From a virus: a stretch of 64,000 nucleotides of DNA. The stretch lies in IMG/VR virus record IMGVR_UViG_3300003324_000465, positions 1-64,000 of that record. One strand, 5' to 3'. This document shows positions 45,724 to 55,627 of the stretch, piece by piece; position 1 is the stretch's first letter; each line of letters starts with the position of its first letter. The translations under genes and the position numbers were made by a program. The notes below the pieces were generated by a model, which had not been told where the DNA came from, made no database searches, and saw nothing but the letters and a program-made list of their open reading frames with translations.

Positions 45724-46308
45724 TCATAAGTATCCTTTTGTTTGCTCATATTGTAACACATGCTGTACTATTTCATGCGAATAATCTTGTAATAATTCAA
45801 CTCCACGCTCTACTATCTTCTCTACTTGTTGCCAGTTATATGCGCGCAGTATATTTGCCTCTCTATTCCATGGTTGATCAAATACAATACTAATACCTTC
45901 AAATTGTTCATGATTATGCAATCCGTCATCGATTAAAAAATCTCCCTGTACCCAATGTTTTATATGTCCACCAGCTATCATAATTACATTGGGTATATGA
46001 GGAAACATTGTATTTAACCATTGTAAACTTGCTGTAGCGCCATTATGATGCGATATTGCAGTTACAAAAGCTAATTCATATCCTGTATTTATCCATTCTT
46101 GTGTAACTGCGATACTATTTTCAATAACATCCCCGCTAGAATATACAAAAGGATTAGCTAGATATTTATATATATCGTAACTCATCTCCCATGTGGTGAG
46201 CATATCCTTTGTTATTTGATTTTTTGGGTTAGCGGCATTATATAAAGATAGCCATGGTCCATGAAGATCATATACAGTATTGTCTTTATCTATGAGTATA
46301 CGTATCAT
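45724..46308 (-). CDS. 5'(3')-deoxyribonucleotidase (HAD)
   Basis: IDKDNTV, VTA, LIDD and QPWN. Confidence 0.85.
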   Translation of the reverse strand: MIRILIDKDNTVYDLHGPWLSLYNAANPKNQITKDMLTTWEMSYDIYKYLANPFVYSSGDVIENSIAVTQEWINTGYELAFVTAISHHNGATASLQWLNTMFPHIPNVIMIAGGHIKHWVQGDFLIDDGLHNHEQFEGISIVFDQPWNREANILRAYNWQQVEKIVERGVELLQDYSHEIVQHVLQYEQTKGYL

Positions 46309-46580
46309 TATATAACCTTTTTAATAGTTACATTATCACCAGACATTGTTACCCATTCGATCAACTCGTTTGCAACTTCTTCTTGTTCTTCAGGAGATTT
46401 ACATATCAAAGCTACTTGAGGCTCATTCATATTACCTAGAATAAAAACAATATATAAATTGTTCTGTATAAAATGTATTACATCTTCCGCCGTTGTGAAA
46501 TTTCTATATTCCGATTGATTAAATTCGCCTGGATGCGACTCGTTCAGAAACCTATATCCTTCAATTACTAGTATCACCAT
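46308..46580 (-). CDS. hypothetical protein
   Basis: coupled ORF. Confidence 0.6.
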   Translation of the reverse strand: MVILVIEGYRFLNESHPGEFNQSEYRNFTTAEDVIHFIQNNLYIVFILGNMNEPQVALICKSPEEQEEVANELIEWVTMSGDNVTIKKVI

Positions 46581-46821
46581 TTTTATTATTTTCCTTTTCT
46601 AATTCAATAGACATTAAAACATGAATATATTCAGCAAGTGTTGTAGATAATACGATAAAACCATCTCTATCATTACCAAATGAAAATACTACATACTGAC
46701 CTAAGTTTTCTTTAGTATTTGTATATTCTATCAACTCTTCCAATGTGTTTATCTCTAAAGGCTCATATAAAAGATCATAGCTACGATTTGCTGTATTAAT
46801 CTTATATACATCAAACTTCAT
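46561..46821 (-). CDS. hypothetical protein
   Basis: coupled ORF. Confidence 0.6.
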   Translation of the reverse strand: MKFDVYKINTANRSYDLLYEPLEINTLEELIEYTNTKENLGQYVVFSFGNDRDGFIVLSTTLAEYIHVLMSIELEKENNKNGDTSN

Positions 46822-47213
46822 ATATCACATCCTTTTCCATATATACGAATATCCTTGATTCCATGTTTCTTGGCTCTTTGTATCATATCACACGTACCTA
46901 TAGATTGTGGTAATGGGAATGCTAATACAACGTCAATATGATGTTCTTCATCTAATATTTGTTGATTCCTTATTGGTCCTGCACTATTACCATATATATC
47001 CCATTGCGCACCATAAGGTTTAATAGCAGCTATACGTAGCTGTCGTGCTACAAATGCTGCTATTTTATCTGCACCACGTTGATCACCATGTACTAGACGT
47101 ATTTTATTTAATGGTTTATCTTTTATTACATCTAATATCGCGGCGCGTATTATTTTGGCATCGCGCCAGTTTCTTGACCCCGTTACAAGGATAGTATATA
47201 CATTTATATCCAT
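46818..47213 (-). CDS. SLOG family (DUF2493/YspA-like) protein
   Basis: LVTGSRNW, VHG..RGAD, AGPIRNQ and GTCDMI. Confidence 0.85.
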   Translation of the reverse strand: MDINVYTILVTGSRNWRDAKIIRAAILDVIKDKPLNKIRLVHGDQRGADKIAAFVARQLRIAAIKPYGAQWDIYGNSAGPIRNQQILDEEHHIDVVLAFPLPQSIGTCDMIQRAKKHGIKDIRIYGKGCDI

Positions 47214-47229
47214 ACAATATGTATCCTTT

Positions 47230-47451
47230 TCACGAAAAAGGGATCTTTATAAGAAATTCTTTTGTACATGCCTCACAGCAATAAAGAAATCCATGATGGA
47301 ACATATTATTACATGCTTCATACCGTTCATCCTCAGTTAATATCGCCCCGCATTTATCACATATGCCTGTATCCCATGATGCTCTACCAAATGCATAAAC
47401 GCTATCTATAAACTTTCTTATATGCTTTATGTTAACACTAGCCATATACAT
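47230..47451 (-). CDS. small zinc-binding protein
   Basis: CDKCG and CCEAC. Confidence 0.6.
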   Translation of the reverse strand: MYMASVNIKHIRKFIDSVYAFGRASWDTGICDKCGAILTEDERYEACNNMFHHGFLYCCEACTKEFLIKIPFS

Positions 47452-47461
47452 ATAACTCCTG

Positions 47462-47695
47462 CTACAATTCTCTTATATGAGCTGATAATATTTTTAATGC
47501 TTGTACTATATTACCCGGTATATCTCCTTCTAATTGCTTACTTACTTCAGATACATAGTCACCAGCGGTATTCATACATGCTTTACGTAAATCAGTCAAT
47601 CTTTCCGCTATATAATTTGTACCATCAAACACATTCATAGTCATAACATTCTGATACATAGCAAAAGCTAATCGTTGTAATGCCTTATCATCCAT
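47462..47695 (-). CDS. hypothetical protein
   Basis: AGAAAGGA RBS. Confidence 0.65.
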   Translation of the reverse strand: MDDKALQRLAFAMYQNVMTMNVFDGTNYIAERLTDLRKACMNTAGDYVSEVSKQLEGDIPGNIVQALKILSAHIREL

Positions 47696-47709
47696 TATAC
47701 GATCCTTTC

Positions 47710-48075
47710 TTACAATTCATATTGTAATTTCATACGATATATTGCAGATGTAAACATGGTTTTTCGATATTCTAGTAATTTTAATTGCATTTCTGCTTCT
47801 GCTAATTGCGCTTGTATTTCTAATAAATCCCCGCGCAATGCATTAGTAGCTTGTAATTTAGCTTTCTTCGTTTCATTACTACGCGGTCTATCCATCTCTA
47901 TCGTAATTGCATCTTCAGCATCGGCTATATCACGCTTCTTTCGTATTTCTTGAGCCTTTAATTTACCTACTAGCTCATACGCATTAGATACGTCAAAAAA
48001 ATCAGGTATTTTATTAAGCCATGGATCAAGATGTTTTTTGAGTATTTCATCTGCTGTTAATGTATCACCAAACAT
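47710..48075 (-). CDS. coiled-coil protein (possible UvsY-like recombination mediator)
   Basis: all-helical; near recA. Confidence 0.4.
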   Translation of the reverse strand: MFGDTLTADEILKKHLDPWLNKIPDFFDVSNAYELVGKLKAQEIRKKRDIADAEDAITIEMDRPRSNETKKAKLQATNALRGDLLEIQAQLAEAEMQLKLLEYRKTMFTSAIYRMKLQYEL

Positions 48076-48078
48076 ATG

Positions 48079-48510
48079 CTATACCTTCTTACCACTATCA
48101 TATCCTGCTTTAAATGCCTTTGCTTCCTTTGTATTAAATCTATTATCGTTTTTATCAATAGTATACCGATGTAATGATTGTGATGCTAATTTCTTTTTCC
48201 ATGCAATATAATCTAAATATGCTCCTTTCCAATCCTCCATATAATATTCCCGCGCAATATAAGGGAAAAGCGATTCAAGTAATCCGTAAAGATGAATACT
48301 ATCTTCCTTTAATTCATATGCTTTTGGTTTGAATACTATTTCTGTGTCATCTAGAAGATGTATTTTTACAGATGTGTGTAATTTTCCCGCTACTGAATTG
48401 GACCATGAAAAATCTGTGTATGTATCCCTATAAGCTTCTAATTCCCATACTATTGCATTGACTGGCTGCTTATCTATATACAGTTGTTTTTGATTATGTT
48501 GCTTCGCCAT
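48079..48510 (-). CDS. hypothetical protein
   Basis: overlaps the recA end. Confidence 0.65.
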   Translation of the reverse strand: MAKQHNQKQLYIDKQPVNAIVWELEAYRDTYTDFSWSNSVAGKLHTSVKIHLLDDTEIVFKPKAYELKEDSIHLYGLLESLFPYIAREYYMEDWKGAYLDYIAWKKKLASQSLHRYTIDKNDNRFNTKEAKAFKAGYDSGKKV

Positions 48511-49483
48511 TATTCCATATCTCCATTACTCTATCCTTAATCTCCTCAATAGGAAAGGTATCAATAGCTTTCTTCATACCTTGAGCCTTCATATCTTTAT
48601 ATTCTATCCATGTTGTACCAGTAATGATACCAGCGTCCTGTGCTAGTGTCAATATATGCCGGGCTATATCCGGCCCTTGTCCAAAAACAATATCAAATTC
48701 TGTCTGTTTTGCTTCTGGCCCAAACTTAGTTTTTTCAATAAATGCTTTTATTGTAGTACGTGTCTCTGTGTTCTTTGTTCGTTCTAGTGCAATGGTTGCT
48801 TTTATCCAGTTTTGAATACTCATAGCACCATAGGGTTTAAGCTCTTTAATAGCCATGGGTGATATGTTTTTGCGCCATTGGTTAATCACAATGAGTAAAG
48901 CATTAGCAATATCCGTAAGTGCAAGAGATCGTTTTAAAAAACGCTGAATTGCTTTTGCTTCCGCGCCAATTTTTTCATTATCCATGTTTGATTTATCTTC
49001 TTCGGATTGTGCTACTACGCCTGCTATACTATCTACAATGATAAATTGTAATCCTTCTGCTAGTAATGCTTCTGCGAAGTCAAAAGACTGTTCGGCATAT
49101 TCTGTTTCGATCAGTAATAACTTATCTATATCTACACCTAACTTTTGCGCATATACGGGATCGAAACTGCGTTCAAAATCTATATAAGCTGCATTTATTA
49201 TGCGCGTCTCTTTTTTATTTATAGGTATTTCTATTTCTTTAATACCTGACTTCTGTGCATTAGCTAGATAATCAAGTGCTATCGTTGTTTTGCCACGTTT
49301 TTCTTTTGCTATTAGTTGTACTATACTTCCGCCAGGAATACCTTTACCTTTATTATCTGCTATTGCGTAATTCAAACCAATTAAGCTACTAGGAAAATAA
49401 TGTCTTTCTTTTTGTTCATTACCTAAGCGGATATAATCATTATTCTCTAATAATAGTTTAGCTAATGTCTGTTTATTTGCCAT
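48494..49483 (-). CDS. recA: RecA/UvsX-like recombinase
   Basis: GIPGG, KRGKTT, YIDFE, LGVD, IVDSIAG and VINQ. Confidence 0.9.
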   Translation of the reverse strand: MANKQTLAKLLLENNDYIRLGNEQKERHYFPSSLIGLNYAIADNKGKGIPGGSIVQLIAKEKRGKTTIALDYLANAQKSGIKEIEIPINKKETRIINAAYIDFERSFDPVYAQKLGVDIDKLLLIETEYAEQSFDFAEALLAEGLQFIIVDSIAGVVAQSEEDKSNMDNEKIGAEAKAIQRFLKRSLALTDIANALLIVINQWRKNISPMAIKELKPYGAMSIQNWIKATIALERTKNTETRTTIKAFIEKTKFGPEAKQTEFDIVFGQGPDIARHILTLAQDAGIITGTTWIEYKDMKAQGMKKAIDTFPIEEIKDRVMEIWNNGEAT

Positions 49484-49701
49484 TTTTGATCCTTTTATCA
49501 AGATTAAACAATAATATAATAAATACTAAAAATAAATAGCCCGATCCACAGAGTCCAGCTATACTTAAGATACTTATTATAAACATCATTAAAAGGTTAA
49601 AAAAAAACATTATTTATTTTTCCTTTGTAGTATCCAATGAATAATAGCCGCGCAGATTATGAGTGCTATCATTGCATATTCCGGTTTCATAACAAAAGCT
49701 C

Positions 49702-51717
49702 CTATTTATCATATCTGCGTGAAATTTTAGGACTAACCGATAATCCTTCATACTTGCCTATATCATTAGCTACCAAAGGTAATGTCTCAGAAATAGCCTG
49801 TTCCATACTTTGTTTTATAATACATGTTGCTTCACGTAAATATTCTCTCGTGGATTCTACTACAATCTCGTCATGAACAGGAATGATCATACGTGCTTGT
49901 GAACGATCAAGACGTTCCCATATCAATTCGATTGCGCGTTTTGTCATTGTAGCCGATGTAGCTTGGATAGGCATATTCATTGCTTCGCGCATTGCTGCTA
50001 GTTTACGCCATTTATCGCTACGAACTTCATTAAGATTCCATTGACGCCTTCTTCCCCAAACATCCGTTACATATCCTTCAAGAATAGCTTTATCAGCATT
50101 TCCATGGAGATATGCCTTTGTTTGTGGAAATAGTTTAAACCATTCCTCTATAAGCGCATCACCTTCTTGCTGAGTAATTCTAAATCCTTCTGATGCAAGC
50201 ATGATATTCATTGTTTCCGCAATATTCCGTCCCGTAGTACCATATGCAATACCATAGGATAACACTTTTGCAGCATCTCTCCATAGATTATAAGGATGCT
50301 TCTTTTTATTGCGCGCATTTATTTCTTTGTTATGCAATACTTCTTGCGTTACATACGTATGCACATCTCCACGCAAAATTTGATCCATGAGATGAGTATC
50401 ACCGCTGTTAACTGCTAAAATAACAAGCTCAATACCACTATAGTCAGATATAATCAGTCTACGCCCTTCCGGTGCTTCAATTGCCTTACGTAAAGAATAT
50501 TCGCCTAATCCTAACAGCTTTAGCTTTTTATCACTGGGTAGATTCTGTAAATTAGGCTGTGTACTACTATATCTACCTGTAGCAGCAGCACCGTAAGTGT
50601 TAAGATTACAATGTACTCTGTTTGTTGTTGTGTTAATTGCTTCAATGATACCCACTACATACGTTGAAAACAATTTGCGCGCACCCTTTAGAAAAGTAAG
50701 CGCACGTAATATTTTATTGTCTAACAATAAATAAATATCCAGAGCATCCGCTACATCTTCGTCTTCTATAAGATCATGGTAATCAATTTCCCATTTTTTA
50801 ATCTTGTGCTTCTTGTAAAGTTGCTGCATATCCCAGCGTTGTACTTTTTTCGCACTCAGAGATGGAACGTCAATACCAATTTTATGTAACGCTTCAAGTA
50901 CCTGATCACGAGAATCACTGTTTAGCGCGTAATAGCCCTCTTTTGTGAATGTGATTCGATCTGCCGCTCCATACTCAATAAATAAATCCTGTACTGCTTT
51001 GTCTGCTGTACGAATGAAACGCTCGAATGGGGCTATTAACTGTTCTAGTACATTACGATTAAAGTATACACCTGTATATTCCATCATTGCAGTAGGAGCT
51101 AGTATATTCATTTCAAGTCGATATATACGCTCTAGCTGTAATTCATGGACTATCTTCATTTGCTGTTCCATAATAAGTACAGGATATACTGCATCCATCG
51201 CAGAGTATTCTAACTGTTCTTTGCTAAATACTGTATCTGGAGTCCATTCAGTAAATGATAAGCGTATTTCTTTCTCAACATCTATTTGCAAATAACGATA
51301 AATTAAATCCTTTAATCCATAACGTAACTTTTCATTATCAATAAACTGCAATCCTGCGTTAATCATACGATCAACAATCATTGTATCATGAATATTTACC
51401 ATTTCAATACGATTACCCTTTGAGGCATGATACAATATTTTATATTCTATTGTTGAGTTATGCGCTACTTTTACAACGGCAGGATTTTCTAATAAAGGCT
51501 TTAATACATTTAATACACGTTTTACTGATAATTGTGTTACATCTACCACATATGCTGTCTTACCATCATACAATGATATAAGTAGTAATGTAGCATCATG
51601 TATTGCTAATGTAGTAAACTCAGTATCAATGCCGATAATAGTTGCGTGCGCTATATTTGAGATCATATGCTGTAATTGAGCTTCAGTAGAAACTATCTCA
51701 ATATCTGGTTGAATCAT
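49702..51717 (-). CDS. polA: family A DNA polymerase with 3'-5' exonuclease
   Basis: DTE, YSAMD, TGRYSS.QPNLQN, DYSGIE, AK.LSYG, NMPIQ and HDE. Confidence 0.95.
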   Translation of the reverse strand: MIQPDIEIVSTEAQLQHMISNIAHATIIGIDTEFTTLAIHDATLLLISLYDGKTAYVVDVTQLSVKRVLNVLKPLLENPAVVKVAHNSTIEYKILYHASKGNRIEMVNIHDTMIVDRMINAGLQFIDNEKLRYGLKDLIYRYLQIDVEKEIRLSFTEWTPDTVFSKEQLEYSAMDAVYPVLIMEQQMKIVHELQLERIYRLEMNILAPTAMMEYTGVYFNRNVLEQLIAPFERFIRTADKAVQDLFIEYGAADRITFTKEGYYALNSDSRDQVLEALHKIGIDVPSLSAKKVQRWDMQQLYKKHKIKKWEIDYHDLIEDEDVADALDIYLLLDNKILRALTFLKGARKLFSTYVVGIIEAINTTTNRVHCNLNTYGAAATGRYSSTQPNLQNLPSDKKLKLLGLGEYSLRKAIEAPEGRRLIISDYSGIELVILAVNSGDTHLMDQILRGDVHTYVTQEVLHNKEINARNKKKHPYNLWRDAAKVLSYGIAYGTTGRNIAETMNIMLASEGFRITQQEGDALIEEWFKLFPQTKAYLHGNADKAILEGYVTDVWGRRRQWNLNEVRSDKWRKLAAMREAMNMPIQATSATMTKRAIELIWERLDRSQARMIIPVHDEIVVESTREYLREATCIIKQSMEQAISETLPLVANDIGKYEGLSVSPKISRRYDK

Positions 51718-51729
51718 ATAACGCTCCTG

Positions 51730-52071
51730 TTATTCTACTGCTTTTATCCTTACTATTGTTTCACCTATTGTTAATTGAAACCCGCCTACAACAGCAGCTA
51801 TCTGCGTATCTTCCATAATAAATAATAATTCGCCAGCATCAGTATAGATCATGAACGCATTAGGAGTATAATAAGAACCTTCTGTGTTTTGACGCTTTTC
51901 TATAGGCGGTTTAATTTTAGACGTTTTTATTAGCTCAATATTATGTATTGTAATAGGAAAGCAAAATTTATCAAATTGTAACAGCATCGATTTATATATC
52001 CATGGTTCTATTACTTTAGCATATATTTCATATGATGTTTGCAATAGTTGCTTTTTTGTAGGCGGCTTCAT
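51730..52071 (-). CDS. hypothetical protein
   Basis: coupled ORF in the replication block. Confidence 0.65.
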   Translation of the reverse strand: MKPPTKKQLLQTSYEIYAKVIEPWIYKSMLLQFDKFCFPITIHNIELIKTSKIKPPIEKRQNTEGSYYTPNAFMIYTDAGELLFIMEDTQIAAVVGGFQLTIGETIVRIKAVE

Positions 52072-52730
52072 TATACATCCTCTATAATATCTCTAAATTG
52101 TTGCATGGACATTATAATATAATTACCTAAAGGCATAGTAATTTGCATTGCCTTCATACCTTGTATTGATGTCATATTACAATCAATAAACGTGCGCGAG
52201 GTACCATATCCTAAAATAGTACGACCATGTTTGTTTAGACTAATATCAACGCTTATAGGCAATTCTAGCATCTGTTCTAATATATCACTATATTTATTCT
52301 TGAAACGGTCAATAAGAACATGCTTTATATCCTCAGAACGCATAAATACATAATATCCTTGTGTTCTAAAAAAATGAATAACAAGGATTCCAAATTTACC
52401 ATTCATTGCAATAGTATCATCATATAATTTCTGAAACCATTTCTGATACAGTATTACGGTACTCTCATTACGCGCATTAACACCAGACGATGATTTACAT
52501 TCTATAATAAGCTTGCCGGGATTATTTATGAATTGTATTTCTCCATCACCCTTATAGCCCTTAAAAGCACCTGAGCCAATCATACGTCTGCCATTAAGAT
52601 ACTTTGCTACATGATATTCAAGCGCATTGCCACGGCGTTTATTTGTCTTCGCTTGTAACGCTTTAGCACTCTTATGCTGCGCTTCACTTGTTAATGGAAT
52701 ATCTTTCTTAACTTTCCTTAGCTTCCTCAT
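52071..52730 (-). CDS. Holliday-junction-resolvase-like PD-(D/E)XK nuclease
   Basis: RGNALE, GSGA, GDG and IECK. Confidence 0.65.
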   Translation of the reverse strand: MRKLRKVKKDIPLTSEAQHKSAKALQAKTNKRRGNALEYHVAKYLNGRRMIGSGAFKGYKGDGEIQFINNPGKLIIECKSSSGVNARNESTVILYQKWFQKLYDDTIAMNGKFGILVIHFFRTQGYYVFMRSEDIKHVLIDRFKNKYSDILEQMLELPISVDISLNKHGRTILGYGTSRTFIDCNMTSIQGMKAMQITMPLGNYIIMSMQQFRDIIEDV

Positions 52731-53121
52731 CTATACGCACTTCCTTGTAAATCGGTTCGTTACCTTCTGGTTTTACTACTCTCTCATGCGCTGGTAACAC
52801 TGATTCTGGTACTTTTGCACCATCTGACATTATCGGCGGCGATATATCAGTTGCTACTATCTGTCCTGTATCATTGTCATGTACATACTGTTTTGTATTT
52901 GTAGGGAATGCATCAGCTAAACGTTCTTCTGATGATTTTATGTGATCTTTGTCTTCTACTATCTTTTGTTCAAATGGATCATTATATTCTTGTTTTGGAT
53001 AAACCTGTACTCTTACCGAAGTGTCTTTTATAAATATTCGTTTAAAAAATTTCATATTTTCTATACTCCCTAATAAGTCTTTTTGATATTTACGCAATAA
53101 TATATCATATAAATTTGTCAT
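52708..53121 (-). CDS. hypothetical protein
   Basis: 137-aa ORF between dnaB and the resolvase-like gene. Confidence 0.65.
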   Translation of the reverse strand: MTNLYDILLRKYQKDLLGSIENMKFFKRIFIKDTSVRVQVYPKQEYNDPFEQKIVEDKDHIKSSEERLADAFPTNTKQYVHDNDTGQIVATDISPPIMSDGAKVPESVLPAHERVVKPEGNEPIYKEVRIDEEAKES

Positions 53122-53123
53122 AT

Positions 53124-54362
53124 TTAATCCACTACCGCCCCTACAAATCTTTGATAGGCACCTATGAACTGTACTGCTGTGATACCTAAACTACCGAGTC
53201 TGTTCTTATGCCATTCAATGATCATGTTTTTCACCGATCCTGTATCATCATCTAATTTTATCTCTAATGCTGCATCCACTACTGCCCCTACTTCTCCACT
53301 GTCTCGGAATCTAAATGTACTGTTATTTCCTTCTGTAATTTGAGAAAGTATTACAATTGTAATACCTTCACGTTTAGCAACTGCCTTTAGCGTTTCAGCA
53401 ACCTCACCTAAATCATTATTATCATTTTTCGTAGGCTTATGATTTATTAACTGCAAATAGTCAAGAAATACTACACGAACGCCATGCTTGTGTACATATT
53501 TGCGAATTTCATAAACCATTTGAGGTAAAGTAATCTTAGCATTATCTATGATATACATTGGCATTTTTTGTATACCAATAGCCGCTTTTTCAATCCTATG
53601 CAATTCATCTGATGATATATTACCTGATCGTATATTTTTTGTATCTATAGATACAAGATCAGCTATCCATCGCATAACCAATTCTTCTCTTGCCATTTCA
53701 AGAGAAAATATAAGTGATGCTTTAGGATCTTCATCTTGCGCCATGCGTAGCATAGAATTACCTACCAGCGCAGTTTTACCACTACCATGACCGCCCAATA
53801 TACCAATTAATGTTTTTGGGGGCCATTCACCACCTAACTTATTATCAAGAAAAGGTAATCCGGTGCTAATAAATCTATAATCACCTGCAAGTTTCGCATG
53901 CACATTACCTAAAAATATAGCAACACCCGTATGAATAGAACCCTCTTCTTCCGCCATTACTGGCGGCATATCAAGTGCTTCTCTTATCTTACGCTCATCT
54001 GGCGCAAAATCTTGTGATAACTCTTTTAGTAGTAAAGAACGCTCGTATAACTGTCGTTTACGTGCTAACCTTACACCTTCATCCACTGCGCTACGTATTT
54101 CAGCGCCTTGTGCTGCAAATAACTCACCTGGAATATTTCCTTCAAGATGTTTATTTATACCTTCAAAAGTTATTACACCATAATCAATAAACGCCATTTG
54201 TATAGCACGGAATATATCTTCTCTCATATCTGTGAAAATAGCAGGAGAAATGCGATTTACCCAATCTATATTTTTAGGTTCTAATAGCGCACCGAGTATA
54301 CGCCATTCCACATCTGTATCTTGAATTTTTGTTTCTGCTGTTTTATGTGCTTTATTGAGCAT
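53124..54362 (-). CDS. dnaB: DnaB-like replicative helicase
   Basis: STG..LD, GGHGSGKT, FSLEM, FLDYLQL, LSQ and KNR. Confidence 0.93.
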   Translation of the reverse strand: MLNKAHKTAETKIQDTDVEWRILGALLEPKNIDWVNRISPAIFTDMREDIFRAIQMAFIDYGVITFEGINKHLEGNIPGELFAAQGAEIRSAVDEGVRLARKRQLYERSLLLKELSQDFAPDERKIREALDMPPVMAEEEGSIHTGVAIFLGNVHAKLAGDYRFISTGLPFLDNKLGGEWPPKTLIGILGGHGSGKTALVGNSMLRMAQDEDPKASLIFSLEMAREELVMRWIADLVSIDTKNIRSGNISSDELHRIEKAAIGIQKMPMYIIDNAKITLPQMVYEIRKYVHKHGVRVVFLDYLQLINHKPTKNDNNDLGEVAETLKAVAKREGITIVILSQITEGNNSTFRFRDSGEVGAVVDAALEIKLDDDTGSVKNMIIEWHKNRLGSLGITAVQFIGAYQRFVGAVVD

Positions 54363-54591
54363 TGTTTGCCTCTCTTACTAGTGCTTCAAGTATTGGCTCA
54401 TCCTCTCCAGATAATACGCGGGCAATTATATATGCCTTCTCATCTACCGTTAAATGATAACTGCGCGGATCAAATAACGTACGATCTATCATAATATATC
54501 TTGCACGTAAACGCTGCGTTAATTCTTGTGCAATATCTGTATACGGTGTAAAAGGGTTTCTTTTTAAGAGTTCTAATATCAATTCATACAC
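54352..54591 (-). CDS. hypothetical protein
   Basis: coupled ORF. Confidence 0.6.
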   Translation of the reverse strand: MYELILELLKRNPFTPYTDIAQELTQRLRARYIMIDRTLFDPRSYHLTVDEKAYIIARVLSGEDEPILEALVREANNAQ

Positions 54592-55459
54592 GTTGTAACC
54601 TCTTCCATGTATTAAACGGTAATGCGCTATTCACTACTATATCAAAACCTGTTTTACCATATGTAAGAATAAACTGGTCTATATCCATCTTTTTTTCACC
54701 AAACAAAGGTAAAGTTGCTATTTTAGGTCCGTCTAATTGCATAGCTGCTTTCTCAATAGCCGTTCTCAGCGAATGTACATTTTTATTCTGTGAATCAAAT
54801 AACAATATAATGTGTTGATTAGCTTGTTGTCTAAATCCCTGTTTCCAGATACCCATTCCTGGCAAGGCCATTGTAGGATAGCCTATTTGTACAGCAAGAT
54901 CGGCTTTTATTTCACCTTCTGTTAGTATAATAATGTTTTCTCTATGCAGATGGTAATTATACGGATAATCAGCCCCGCGATAATATGCGCCATTGAATGG
55001 AGATTTATATTTTAAAGGATCATCCCTAATACTTCTACCACGAATATCTACAATTGTGGTATCATCATACATATATGGAAATGTAACACGATCTGCTAAA
55101 AATGCCTCTCCATTCATAGATAAACCAGCTTCTATAGGTACTTGACCATTATAAAGCGGAGATTTGCCTTTAGGGCAATAACCTATCTTCAGATTCTTAA
55201 TAGTTACATCATTTAATCCCCGCGCATATAAATATCCTAATGCTCGCTTATCCAATGAGCTATGATAATACAATGCTGCTTTGTTGTAAAAATGACGTAT
55301 TTCATCTAAATACGGTGATCGTTCCTTTTTCTCTGACCTGTCTAATCCTTCTCTCAGGTAATAATTACATCCCGGAGAAAAGCAATAACTTAACCCATTC
55401 ATAGGAGTAACATAAAGAGTTTCTTTGCCACATATCGGGCAAGCTGTTTTATAATTCAT
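54584..55459 (-). CDS. DNA primase (zinc finger + TOPRIM)
   Basis: CPIC..CFS..C, YLYARG, IGY, TEGEIK, LFD and MDID; start likely MNYKTAC. Confidence 0.9.
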   Translation of the reverse strand: MNYKTACPICGKETLYVTPMNGLSYCFSPGCNYYLREGLDRSEKKERSPYLDEIRHFYNKAALYYHSSLDKRALGYLYARGLNDVTIKNLKIGYCPKGKSPLYNGQVPIEAGLSMNGEAFLADRVTFPYMYDDTTIVDIRGRSIRDDPLKYKSPFNGAYYRGADYPYNYHLHRENIIILTEGEIKADLAVQIGYPTMALPGMGIWKQGFRQQANQHIILLFDSQNKNVHSLRTAIEKAAMQLDGPKIATLPLFGEKKMDIDQFILTYGKTGFDIVVNSALPFNTWKRLQRV

Positions 55460-55527
55460 ATATTCATGTCTTATAAAAGGAATGAGAGCACATGCTATAT
55501 ATGCTCTCATCTTAAATAGTATTATTT

Positions 55528-55620
55528 TCACCAGAAGCCTTCTAAGATATTACCCCTACTTCCCTATAGATTTACTAGTAGCGTGCCTTACAATGGTTCT
55601 GGTGACGTTACAGGGCATTG
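55528..55620 (-). repeat. tripartite element copy
   Basis: CAATGCCCTGTAAC + TCACCAGAACCATTGTAAG ... CTTAGAAGGCTTCTGGTGA. Confidence 0.75.
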
Positions 55621-55627
55621 TAACACA

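Noticed and set aside
41969-51717. Introns or inteins in thyX, recA or polA
   Set aside because: ORFs are continuous and of normal length; the adjacent HNH gene is free-standing
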